Source of the DNA: Streptosporangiaceae bacterium | GTDB taxonomy: Bacteria > Actinomycetota > Actinomycetes > Streptosporangiales > Streptosporangiaceae | Direction of reading: 5' to 3' | DNA length: 64,000 nt | Assembly: GCA_033854735.1 (NCBI GenBank) | Contig: JAWWPY010000024.1 | Coordinates: 9,042-73,041 of the forward strand | Position numbers and translations under genes: made by a program | Part shown: in pieces, positions 46,758 through 54,908 of the stretch | How positions within the stretch are numbered: the first letter of the stretch is position 1 | How the letters are laid out: every line of letters starts with the position of its first letter | The notes under the pieces: model-generated | Told to the model about the DNA's origin: nothing | The model's input: only the letters and a program-made list of their open reading frames with translations | Databases searched by the model: none

Positions 46758-47828
46758 TCAGTGGAAGATCATTTGCGCTACGTCGAGTGGCGGGTTGAGC
46801 AGGTTGAATGAGGACATCAGGGAGGCGACCCGCTGTATGTTGCTCGCCTTCACCGACGTCGGGTATTGCCCGAGCGTGACCAGGGACGCGGTCTGGGTTC
46901 CCATGTGCTCGTCGCTGGCCAGCACCGCCTGCACCTGGGCGGCCTGGGAGGCCTGACTCTGTGCCTCCAGCAGCGCGGAGCGGAATGCCAGCACGGTGCT
47001 GCGGTACTTATGGGCGAAGGAGCCGAGGGCGAAGTAACCAGACAGCGGCAAGCTCGCGGTCTGGCCGCTGCAGGAATCGATCACCTCACTGGCCCCGAGT
47101 TGAATCTCCGCCTGGTAGATAGCAGGCTCGCTGGCGAGAATGGCGTCCACCTGGTGATTTTGGAGCGCAGTGACAAGCTGGCCGGTAGGCAGCGCCTTCC
47201 AGCCCACGTTTGCTACGTTCACCCCGTCGTTGGTCAGTACCGACTGGGTGGCGAGCGTTTCCTCGCTGTAAGGCAGCCTGGTGCTGAACGGTATCCCCTG
47301 CGGCTCGGGCGTGCCGATCGTCTTGCCCTGGAGTTGCTGCGGCTTGGTGATCCCCGAGCCCGGCAGCGTGAGCACCTCCATGACGCTGGGCGCCGCGTCG
47401 TAGGCATCCGCCACGATGGTGAAGCCCCGGCGGGCGCCGGTGTCCTGGGCGAAGAAGAAGTCGGCATAGTCGCCGATGGCTATATCGGCGCTGCCGCTGG
47501 CCAGCGCCGAGATCTCGTTCGCCGCGGAACTGTAGGTCTGGATGTGGACGGTGAGGCCGGCCTTGGCGAATAGGCCGTTGCGGATCGCCATGTACAGCGG
47601 GGCGTCATCCACCCCGGGCTGGGCGGCCACGGTGATCGATGACCGGGTGAGCCCCGACGAGCCGGCCCCGGTGCCGGTCGCCTGGCAGCCGGCCGCCACC
47701 ATGATCAGCGCTGCTGCGGCGATCCCCGCCGAGGCCACCCGTGAGCGGCGGGAAGGCTCCCGGCGAGACACGATCTTGGCACCAGCCGGACCTGACCTCA
47801 TGGCTCTCCTCGGGGGAAACAGATGCAC
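46758..47828 (-). CDS. orphan ABC-type substrate-binding lipoprotein, NMT1/SsuA (NitT/TauT) family
   Basis: Lipobox LIMVAAGC. ITVAAQPGVDDAPLYMAIRNGLFAKAGLTVHIQTYSSAANEISALASGSADIAIGDY. ATG 47801 is an alternative start. No permease or ATPase gene is adjacent. Confidence 0.75.
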   Translation of the reverse strand: MHLFPPRRAMRSGPAGAKIVSRREPSRRSRVASAGIAAAALIMVAAGCQATGTGAGSSGLTRSSITVAAQPGVDDAPLYMAIRNGLFAKAGLTVHIQTYSSAANEISALASGSADIAIGDYADFFFAQDTGARRGFTIVADAYDAAPSVMEVLTLPGSGITKPQQLQGKTIGTPEPQGIPFSTRLPYSEETLATQSVLTNDGVNVANVGWKALPTGQLVTALQNHQVDAILASEPAIYQAEIQLGASEVIDSCSGQTASLPLSGYFALGSFAHKYRSTVLAFRSALLEAQSQASQAAQVQAVLASDEHMGTQTASLVTLGQYPTSVKASNIQRVASLMSSFNLLNPPLDVAQMIFH

Positions 47829-48227
47829 GCGGCGAACACGGCTCCGACAGTTCGGACAGTTCGGACAGAACGGAGCACAACCATCGCGCCAGAGAGTAGC
47901 GTACTGTCGTCGGGCTATACGGAAAACGTCATGTTAGATCGGCTTTCTAGCGTGATGAAGGTATTGATGCTTGTTGCGCGGCTAAGAGGTTAAGATCAAC
48001 CCTTGACCGCGCCCCGCGCGGGGGCTCGCAGAATCGTCACCCGGGAAGGGGTGCGTCATGTCAGTTCCGCCGCAAGTCCTGCGGGCCTGCGGGGCCGCCG
48101 TGGTCGCCAGGTGAGAGGTACAGAGGCTGTGCGGTCACGCAGCAACAAGAAGACACGCCGCGCACCACTGGCGGCCGGCAACGGCTCGTCGCCCCAGGCG
48201 ACCACGGGAGCGGTGCCGGAGTCCCGG

Positions 48228-51119
48228 ATGTCCGGGCCGATGAACGGCCGGGCTAGCGCGGGTGATCCGGACGACGGCCATCAGGCCAGCGCCAGGCACG
48301 GTGGAGCAGGCTCGCGCCGCGGGCTGAAGAACTGGCGAGTGCGCTCGCGCCTTGTCCTGCTCATCGCCATCCCCACGCTGACCGCCGTGGTCCTGGGCGG
48401 CACCCGCATCCTGTCGTCAGCGCAGAGCTACCTCGCGGACCAGCGGGTTGAGCAGCTCGCCGAACTGAGTAACAACACAACGGCGCTCGCCCAGGGGCTT
48501 GAGAACGAACGGGACCAGACGGCCTACTTCATCGGGCTTGGCACGAGGGGCGGCCGCGCTGCCGCCCTGACGCCGAGCGCCCGGTCTAAGGCCACGGCGG
48601 GGCTCGCCGTGGTCAGGCAGCAAGAGGCCACGACCGACCAGTCGGCCGCCAAGGTCACCAGCGAGCTCAAGCAGATCGGTGGTTCCTTCTCCACCCAGGC
48701 TCAGCAGGAGGCGGCCACCGCGCTGACCGTCCTGCAGGCGCTGCCCGCGCTGCGCCAGGCGGCCATCACCACCCAGCTGCCGCCGCTGGTCGTCGTGCAG
48801 AAGTACACGCAGCTCATCCAGGACCTCCAGGCTCTGGAGGCTGAGACCTCGCAGGGATCCAGCGATGCGGCGCTGTCCCAGACAGTCCGCGTGCTAGGCC
48901 TCGTGTCCACCATGAAGGAAGAGGCCTCCGAGCAGCGCGCCATCCTCACTGGCGCGCTGCTGCAGGGCCAGCTGACCTCGGGTGAGCTGGCCGCGCTGAA
49001 TGCCGCCCTCGCGGACCAGCAGAGCAACTTGCAGGCGTTCAACACGTCCTCGACCGTCGCCCAGCGTCAGCTCTGGAATAACAGCGTGTCCTCGTCGTTC
49101 GTCTACCTGGCGAGTTCCGAGGAGCTGCAGGCGATTTCGACGGCTCAGGCCAACGGCAACTCGCTGGCGAACGACACGACGAGCGCGGACGACTGGTACG
49201 GCGCCATGTCGAACACCATCAACTTCCAGATGGGCTCCGTGGAGCGGACCCTCGCGACGGAGGTGAACACGCGCGCCGCCGCGCTGCGTAGCTCGGCGCT
49301 CCTCGCGTCCATTACGGTCGGCCTCGCGGTCCTGCTCGTGCTGGCCCTGGCCTTGGCGCTGACCGTGATCGTGGGCCGGTCCATGGTCCGGCCGCTGCGG
49401 CGGCTGCGCGCAGGCGCCCTGGAAGTGGCCGGTGTCCGGCTGCCTGACATGGTGCGCCGGATGAGCGAGACCGACGGTGCGGGAGTCCCGCTCGAGGTTG
49501 AGCCGATCGATGTGGACTCCTCCGACGAGATCGGTGAGGTCGCCCGCGCCTTCGACCAGGTCCACCGGGAGGCCCTCCGGCTCGCGGCCAACGAGGCGGC
49601 CCTCCGCGGGAACGTCAACGCCATGTTCGTGAACCTTTCCCGCCGCAGCCAGTCCCTGGTCGAACGGCAGATCCGGCTGATCGACGACCTTGAGCAAGGT
49701 GAGCAGGACGCGGAGCGCCTGTCCAACCTGTTCCAGATGGACCACCTCGCCACTCGCATGCGCCGCAACTCCGAGAACCTGCTGGTCCTCGCGGGCCACG
49801 ACGCGTCCCGGCGGTGGAACCAGCCGGTCGCGCTGGTCGACGTACTCCGCGCGGCGATCTCCGAGATTGAGCAGTATGAGCGGGTCTCGCTGAATGTGCA
49901 GCCGGGTATCGCCGTCCGCGGGCCGGCCGTGAACGACGTCGTGCACCTGATCGCCGAGCTCGCGGAGAACGCCACATCCTTCTCCTCGGCGGAAACGCCG
50001 GTCGCCGTCTCCGGGCACCTGCTGAACAGCGGGGGAGTGCTGCTCGACATCTCCGACCAGGGTGTCGGCATGGGGGCCGAGGAGATGGCCCACGCCAACT
50101 GGCGGCTGGACAATCCCCCGGTGGTCGATGTCGCGGTCTCCAGGCGGATGGGACTCTTCGTGGTCGCGCGCCTGGCGGCCAGGCACGGAATCAGGGTGCG
50201 GCTGCGCCCGGCACCGACCGGCGGGCTGACCGCTCTGGTATGGCTGCCGGATGAGGTGGTCACCCACGAGACGATCGGATCGTCCCCGGGAGCCCGCCGT
50301 TTCGAGCGGAACAATCCAGGTTCTGTCGAGCTTCCGCCCACCGTGGGCCCCTTCGCCACGGAGTGGCCGGCCGGTGACCGGACCGCGGCTGAGCAAGCGG
50401 TCACCGCCGCGCGAGCGCCGCGGTTCACCCCGCTGCGCACCGAGAACGGCGACGGCGCAGCCTATCCCCAGGTGAACGCCTCCTGGGAGAACAGCCCCCA
50501 GACCGGCCCGATCCCGTCGGTCCCTGGCACCGGGCCGCTGCCCGCGTACGGCGCGCCGGTCAACGGCGGCGTGGACGAGCAGGTCCGGCCGGCCCGCCGG
50601 GCGGACGGCCCGCCTAGCCGGGCGGACGGCCCACCCAGCGCTCCGGACAGGTCATACAGCGCTGAGGCGAACCTGCCCAGGCGCGAAGTCGTGGTGCCTC
50701 CGGCCGCTGAGCCTGGCCAGGGCAACCGCCTGCCCATCTTCGAGTCGGTGGAATCGGACTGGTTCCGCCGGGGCAAGCACAGCGCGGAGGGCACCGGCCA
50801 GGTGGAAAGCGTGCCCGGCTGGAGTTCCGCAGGGGACGAGGGCTGGCGGGCGGCGGAAGCCGTGCACACGCCGACCTCTGGCGGCGTTACCCTCTCCGGG
50901 TTGCCGAAGCGGGTTCCGAAGGCCAATCTTGTACCTGGGACGGCTGGAGCTGGAGCCGGCGCTGGGGCTGAGACGTCATCCTCGGCGTCCTCGCCGCCCT
51001 CAGCCCGGTCCGCCTCGATCACCAGAGACCGGTTCGCCAGCTTCCAGCGCGGCGTCCGGGAAGGACGTGCCGCTCTTCGTAGCGACGATGACTCCGGCGG
51101 TGAAGAAGACGGTGTTTGA
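48228..51119 (+). CDS. cvnA: conservon sensor component (CvnA/RarA-like): TM-NIT-TM-HAMP-HATPase with a Pro-rich tail
   Basis: LKNWRVRSRLVLLIAIPTL, a NIT-like periplasmic region, a second TM and HAMP. Also FVNLSRRSQSLVERQIRLIDDLE...MDHLATRMRRNSENLLVLAG and the HATPase motif (DQGVGM). Start ATG 48228 chosen; the maximal ORF begins at TTG 48003. Confidence 0.85.
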   Translation: MSGPMNGRASAGDPDDGHQASARHGGAGSRRGLKNWRVRSRLVLLIAIPTLTAVVLGGTRILSSAQSYLADQRVEQLAELSNNTTALAQGLENERDQTAYFIGLGTRGGRAAALTPSARSKATAGLAVVRQQEATTDQSAAKVTSELKQIGGSFSTQAQQEAATALTVLQALPALRQAAITTQLPPLVVVQKYTQLIQDLQALEAETSQGSSDAALSQTVRVLGLVSTMKEEASEQRAILTGALLQGQLTSGELAALNAALADQQSNLQAFNTSSTVAQRQLWNNSVSSSFVYLASSEELQAISTAQANGNSLANDTTSADDWYGAMSNTINFQMGSVERTLATEVNTRAAALRSSALLASITVGLAVLLVLALALALTVIVGRSMVRPLRRLRAGALEVAGVRLPDMVRRMSETDGAGVPLEVEPIDVDSSDEIGEVARAFDQVHREALRLAANEAALRGNVNAMFVNLSRRSQSLVERQIRLIDDLEQGEQDAERLSNLFQMDHLATRMRRNSENLLVLAGHDASRRWNQPVALVDVLRAAISEIEQYERVSLNVQPGIAVRGPAVNDVVHLIAELAENATSFSSAETPVAVSGHLLNSGGVLLDISDQGVGMGAEEMAHANWRLDNPPVVDVAVSRRMGLFVVARLAARHGIRVRLRPAPTGGLTALVWLPDEVVTHETIGSSPGARRFERNNPGSVELPPTVGPFATEWPAGDRTAAEQAVTAARAPRFTPLRTENGDGAAYPQVNASWENSPQTGPIPSVPGTGPLPAYGAPVNGGVDEQVRPARRADGPPSRADGPPSAPDRSYSAEANLPRREVVVPPAAEPGQGNRLPIFESVESDWFRRGKHSAEGTGQVESVPGWSSAGDEGWRAAEAVHTPTSGGVTLSGLPKRVPKANLVPGTAGAGAGAGAETSSSASSPPSARSASITRDRFASFQRGVREGRAALRSDDDSGGEEDGV

Positions 51120-51191
51120 TGAGGCATGGGGCGGCGGTGCCGCCGATGTCATCGCTAGGGTCATGCTGAAGCCGCCGAGAAAGGAGTGTTC

Positions 51192-51614
51192 GTGAGCCCG
51201 CTAACCCGTCCGGTCCAGGATCTGAACTGGCTGATCACGAACTTCGTCGAACGGGTCCCATCTGTCGCGCACGCGATAGTCGTCTCGTCGGACGGGCTAC
51301 CGCTGGCGTTCTCGAACGGCTTCCCGGCCGACCGCGTGGATCAACTTGCCGCCGTCACCTCGGGGCTGACCAGCCTGACACAGGGTGCGGCAAGGGTGTT
51401 CGAGGGTGGTCCTGTCACCCAGACTGTTGTTGAGATGGAGCGTGGGCTCCTGCTGGTGATGGCGATCAGCGACGGGTCTAGCCTTGCGGTGCTCGCGTCC
51501 GCCGATTGCGATATGGGCCTGGTGGCCTACGAGATGGCGTTGCTCGTCGAGCGGGTTGGGCGAGCTTTGACCCCGGACATGCGTGGTGGGTTTCGGTCGA
51601 AGGATGGCAGATAG
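51192..51614 (+). CDS. cvnB: roadblock/LC7 domain protein (CvnB/RarB-like)
   Basis: LNWLITNFVERVPSVAHAIVVSSDGLPLA. AAGGAG at 51181-51186 favours GTG 51192. Confidence 0.9.
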   Translation: MSPLTRPVQDLNWLITNFVERVPSVAHAIVVSSDGLPLAFSNGFPADRVDQLAAVTSGLTSLTQGAARVFEGGPVTQTVVEMERGLLLVMAISDGSSLAVLASADCDMGLVAYEMALLVERVGRALTPDMRGGFRSKDGR

Positions 51615-51629
51615 TGACAGGAGAAACCG

Positions 51630-52061
51630 GTGTCCGGGCCAGGCCGGGATGACTGGTCCGCGGCCGGAGGTAGACGTCCGGCCGGCGGTGGCAACAGCAG
51701 GCGCCCTCGGGGCGCGGATGGTGCCGGGAGCGGGCTAGTCCGGCCATATGCGGTAACCGGAGGCAGGACAAAGCCCCGGTATCAGCTCCAGATCGAGGCG
51801 ATGGTGGCAGCCTCTCACTATGAGGCTCGCGACCTTTCGACTCTTAGTCCGGAGTGCCAGGCCATTCTGGGTTTCTGTCGTGACTGGCGTTCGGTGGCGG
51901 AGATATCTGCCGTGCTCAGGATGCCTTTGGGCGTGGCGCGTGTGCTAATCGCTGATATGGCGGTGGAGGGGCTGGTCAGGGTGCATCAGATCGACCACGC
52001 GCACGGCCGTCCGGATCTTAACCTGCTCGAAAGGGTGCTCAGTGGACTTCGCAAGCTCTAG
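51630..52061 (+). CDS. cvnC: DUF742 protein (CvnC/RarC-like)
   Basis: LVRPYAVTGGRTKP...EISAVLRMPLGVARVLIADMAVEGLV. AGGAG lies 6 nt upstream of GTG 51630. Confidence 0.9.
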   Translation: MSGPGRDDWSAAGGRRPAGGGNSRRPRGADGAGSGLVRPYAVTGGRTKPRYQLQIEAMVAASHYEARDLSTLSPECQAILGFCRDWRSVAEISAVLRMPLGVARVLIADMAVEGLVRVHQIDHAHGRPDLNLLERVLSGLRKL

Positions 52062-52092
52062 GCCCGCGCCTGGCAACGCGGGGGAGACCGCC

Positions 52093-52641
52093 ATGACGTC
52101 GGTCAAGATCGTGGTTGCCGGCGGTTTTGGTGTGGGCAAGACCACTTTCGTGGGGTCGGTGTCGGAGATTACCCCGCTCACCACCGAGGCTGTCATGACA
52201 TCTGCCAGCGCCGGTGTCGATGACCTGTCGCACGTGCCGGACAAGACCACAACCACGGTCGCCATGGACTTCGGCCGGGTGACCCTGGACGCGGGCCTGA
52301 TCCTCTACCTGTTCGGCACGCCGGGTCAGCATCGTTTCTGGTTCATGTGGGATGACCTCATCCAGGGTGCGATCGGGGCTGTCGTCCTGGTGGACACCAG
52401 GCGGCTGGCCGACTCGTTCCCTGCCGTCGACTACTTCGAGACGGCTGGCCTGCCCTTCATCGTCGCGGTCAATGGCTTCCACGGCGAGTTCCCCCATGGC
52501 GTCCAGGACGTCCAGGAGGCACTGTCGGTCAGCCCGAATGTGCCTGTTGTCCAGTGCGACGCGCGAGGCAGGAAGTCCACCAAATCGACGCTCATCGCCC
52601 TGGTCGAGCACGCCATGTCCATGCAGTTGAGCACCCGGTAA
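52093..52641 (+). CDS. cvnD: small Ras-like GTPase / ATP-GTP-binding protein (CvnD/RarD-like)
   Basis: Start ATG 52093. KIVVAGGFGVGKTTF (P-loop), LFGTPGQHRF (switch II), VAVNGF. Confidence 0.9.
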   Translation: MTSVKIVVAGGFGVGKTTFVGSVSEITPLTTEAVMTSASAGVDDLSHVPDKTTTTVAMDFGRVTLDAGLILYLFGTPGQHRFWFMWDDLIQGAIGAVVLVDTRRLADSFPAVDYFETAGLPFIVAVNGFHGEFPHGVQDVQEALSVSPNVPVVQCDARGRKSTKSTLIALVEHAMSMQLSTR

Positions 52642-52709
52642 CGGGGGTGGGCCTGGCGGCCAGGCAGCCGTCGGCGGGCGGCGTTCTGCGGTAGTGTTCA
52701 CGCGGCGCG

Positions 52710-52783
52710 GGGGCGGTAGCTCAGCCGGTTAGAGCAGCGGACTCATAATCCGTCGGTCGTGGGTTCGAGCCCCACCCGCCCCA
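52710..52783 (+). tRNA. tRNA-Met (anticodon CAT), elongator-like
   Basis: Hand-folded cloverleaf. Acceptor GGGGCGG/CCGCCCC, D arm GCTC-AGCCGGTTA-GAGC, anticodon arm GCGGA-CTCATAA-TCCGT. T arm GTGGG-TTCGAGC-CCCAC, discriminator A. The G1-C72 pair argues against an initiator. A lysidine-modified tRNA-Ile2 cannot be excluded. Confidence 0.9.
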
Positions 52784-52848
52784 CCGACCGAGACGTCGGC
52801 ACCCTTTCGATGGCGTTCACCTGGCACTGCGTGACCTTGCGGGGGTAC

Positions 52849-53260
52849 CTATCGGTCAACTCGCCACAGCAGGATGCGGTTGTTCGTCACCGTGGCCGGT
52901 AGGCGTCCCGGCGGTGGGCAAACGGCCAGCACAGTGATGGCGTGCTTCCGGTCGTCGATGGAGTACAGGGCACGGTAGTCGCCGCGCCGGGTTGTCCAGA
53001 CATCGTCAAAGGGTGTGCTTCCAGCGGTTTGCCCAGCCGGTACGGATTACCGACTCACCGTGCTCAGCATGGCGCACGATCTCCGCCCAGGACGGCTGGT
53101 CCTCGGCCATCGACGCCCTGCGCTGAGTGGCGGGGCACCAGTTTCGCCGCTGTGGTCGGATCATCACAGCAGGAGGGGTGCTTCCAGCGGCTTACCTGAC
53201 CGATGCGGATCACCGGCCACCGGACCAGTCAAGCGCTCAGCGCGACGGTTGGCGGCCGGG
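52849..53260 (-). pseudogene. decayed Phd/YefM-RelE/ParE-type TA module (frameshifted, with a duplicated antitoxin fragment)
   Basis: Minus-strand translations give RGDYRALYSIDDRKHAITVLAV, followed in another frame by AHRRDAYRPR* (RelE/ParE C-terminus). Upstream lie AEIVRHAEHGESVIRTG and GKPLEA fragments (antitoxin-like). A fragment of about 39 nt occurs twice (about 53016-53054 and 53179-53217, roughly three quarters identical). Confidence 0.45.
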
Positions 53261-53267
53261 GTGCGCT

Positions 53268-53690
53268 TTAGCCGGGTTGCGGGGCGTTGTGGATGGTGCG
53301 CTCGCGCACGTCGGGAAGGTAGCGTGCGGCGGTCGCGAAGTCCTTGTCGTCATGGAGCACAACCAGGTCGTGCTGGGCTGCGGTGGCGCAGATCAGCAGG
53401 TCCACGGCCGACAGCGCCCGGTGGGCTCCCTGCCGTAGCAGGCGGTACTGCGCGGACTCTATCCACCGCCACGCTCCCTTGGGGAGCGCCGCGTCCGGGT
53501 ACAGCGCGTCGAACATTCCCGACATCTGCTCGTACTCGTCGAGGGTTCGGGCTGAGCGGCGGAACTCGACGCGCTGGGGGTGACAGGAACCGATCGCGCC
53601 CGCAGAGACGACTTCCGCCCAGGCCGCCCGCAGCGCAGGGTCCCGCAGGATCCGCCACAGGGCAGAGGAGTCGAGCAGGTACCGAATCAC
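53268..53690 (-). CDS. vapC: PIN-domain toxin VapC
   Basis: 140 aa. MIRYLLDSSALWRIL..., SAVDLLICATAAQHDLVVLHDDKDF. GTG start overlaps the antitoxin stop (GTGA). Confidence 0.85.
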   Translation of the reverse strand: MIRYLLDSSALWRILRDPALRAAWAEVVSAGAIGSCHPQRVEFRRSARTLDEYEQMSGMFDALYPDAALPKGAWRWIESAQYRLLRQGAHRALSAVDLLICATAAQHDLVVLHDDKDFATAARYLPDVRERTIHNAPQPG

Positions 53691-53908
53691 GCGGCCGGGT
53701 CTTTCTCAGCCGCCCGGCGATGCTCCCATCCTTCGAAATCCCACCCCGCTGCCAGCGTCGCATAGTGCTCCAGGGCCGCAATCCGGCGGTGCCGGGCGGC
53801 GAACTCCCGCAGCGCAACGTTGACCGTTTCCTTCTTCGTCTTCGCCCCGGACAGCCGCATGGCCTCGGCGAGTGCGTCCTCGTCAATGTCGATCTGGGTC
53901 AGCGCCAT
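53687..53908 (-). CDS. vapB: VapB-family antitoxin (DUF2191-type)
   Basis: Start ATG 53908. MALTQIDIDEDALAEAMRLSGAKTKKETVNVALREFAARHRR. Confidence 0.8.
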   Translation of the reverse strand: MALTQIDIDEDALAEAMRLSGAKTKKETVNVALREFAARHRRIAALEHYATLAAGWDFEGWEHRRAAEKDPAA

Positions 53909-53923
53909 CAGCCGCCTCGCGTT

Positions 53924-53960
53924 TGTTGATGATGTATATCGCAAGTGTATGTCATCAACA
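53924..53960. promoter_or_regulatory. 9-bp inverted repeat TGTTGATGA-n19-TCATCAACA upstream of vapB
   Basis: Located 16 nt upstream of the vapB start, in an AT-rich 235-bp divergent region. A second imperfect inverted repeat (ATATATAC-n13-GTATATAT, 54117-54145) abuts the other vapB start. Confidence 0.4.
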
Positions 53961-54143
53961 TTGCACGGGCGCTGCCAGCAGCCCGTATCCCAGGCTGGGC
54001 CTGATCGTCCCGGGGCCAGGCTGGATTGCGCGACCGCCCGACCTGTTGCTTCGCCCCTATCGGGGATACCGGTAGGTGGCATCTGCCCGCGGGTACCGAG
54101 CAAGGTATTGCTGTTGATATATACTCAGTGTACAATCGTATAT

Positions 54144-54353
54144 ATGAAGACGGTGATCGACCTGAACGACGAGGCGCTGGAGCTAGCGGCCAAGGAACTG
54201 GGAACTACCACGAAAAAGGACACCGTGAACGCGGCGCTGCAGTTCGTGGCCAGCAGGCGCCAGCGCATAGACCAGCTGCTCGATGACCCGTATGCCCTCG
54301 GAGTGGGCCCTGACATCGAGGACGCGGAGGTCATGAGGCAGGCTCGCCGGTGA
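54144..54353 (+). CDS. vapB: VapB-family antitoxin (DUF2191-type), second copy
   Basis: Start ATG 54144. MKTVIDLNDEALELAAKELGTTTKKDTVNAALQFVASRRQR. Confidence 0.8.
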   Translation: MKTVIDLNDEALELAAKELGTTTKKDTVNAALQFVASRRQRIDQLLDDPYALGVGPDIEDAEVMRQARR

Positions 54354-54787
54354 CGTTGCCGGCCGGGCCGGGCCAGCTCTACCTGATCGATACCTCCGCG
54401 CAGGCCAGGATCCGGCACCCCGCAGTACGCAACGTCATCGCAGGCCTCATCGTGGACCGTGCCGCCGCTACCTGCGTAACAGTTGACCTGGAGGCTGGTT
54501 ACTCCGGTCGTGACCTAGCCGACGTCCGCCTGATTGCTGAGCGGCGCAGGAATCTCTACGTCGCACTGCCGATCACCGAGGCGATCGGCGAGCGGGCCCG
54601 GGATGTGCAGATCCGGATGGCCGCCCGCGGGCACCACCGGGCGGCCGGTGTCATCGACCTGATCACTGCAGCCGTCGCGGAGCACCACGGCGCTGTCGTC
54701 CTTCACTATGACGCCGACTTTGAGCACATTGCCGCCGTCACCGGCCAGCCTCACACCTGGGTTGCGCCGCGCGGGGGCCTCACCTGA
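54350..54787 (+). CDS. vapC: PIN-domain toxin VapC, second copy
   Basis: GTG start overlaps the vapB stop (GTGA). LYLIDTSAQARI..., AGVIDLITAAVAEHHGAVVLHYDADFEHI. Confidence 0.85.
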   Translation: MTLPAGPGQLYLIDTSAQARIRHPAVRNVIAGLIVDRAAATCVTVDLEAGYSGRDLADVRLIAERRRNLYVALPITEAIGERARDVQIRMAARGHHRAAGVIDLITAAVAEHHGAVVLHYDADFEHIAAVTGQPHTWVAPRGGLT

Positions 54788-54908
54788 CCGTAAGCCGGGC
54801 TGATGAGCCGAAGCGTCCAGGGCAACTCATCGTGCCTACCTCTTCGCGCGTGACTCGCGCGGGCGGACCGGCAGCGGGTCCCCACCCAACCTTGGCCGAC
54901 GTACAGCC

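Noticed and set aside
48894-50440. 500-aa and 431-aa minus-strand ORFs inside cvnA
   Set aside because: They lie antisense to a gene with HAMP/HATPase motifs, and their composition is Arg/Gly/Pro/Ser-biased with no motif.
53015-53929. 304-aa plus-strand ORF spanning the TA region
   Set aside because: It runs antisense through the intact vapC/vapB genes and the decayed TA fragments. The translation is Arg/Pro/Gly-rich with no recognisable domain.
54878-54892. Possible att-type direct repeat of the tRNA-Met 3' end at the distal edge of the TA cluster
   Set aside because: Only the 8-mer CCCCACCC is shared with the tRNA T-arm/acceptor (52767-52782). That is too short in 70% GC DNA, and no integrase is present.
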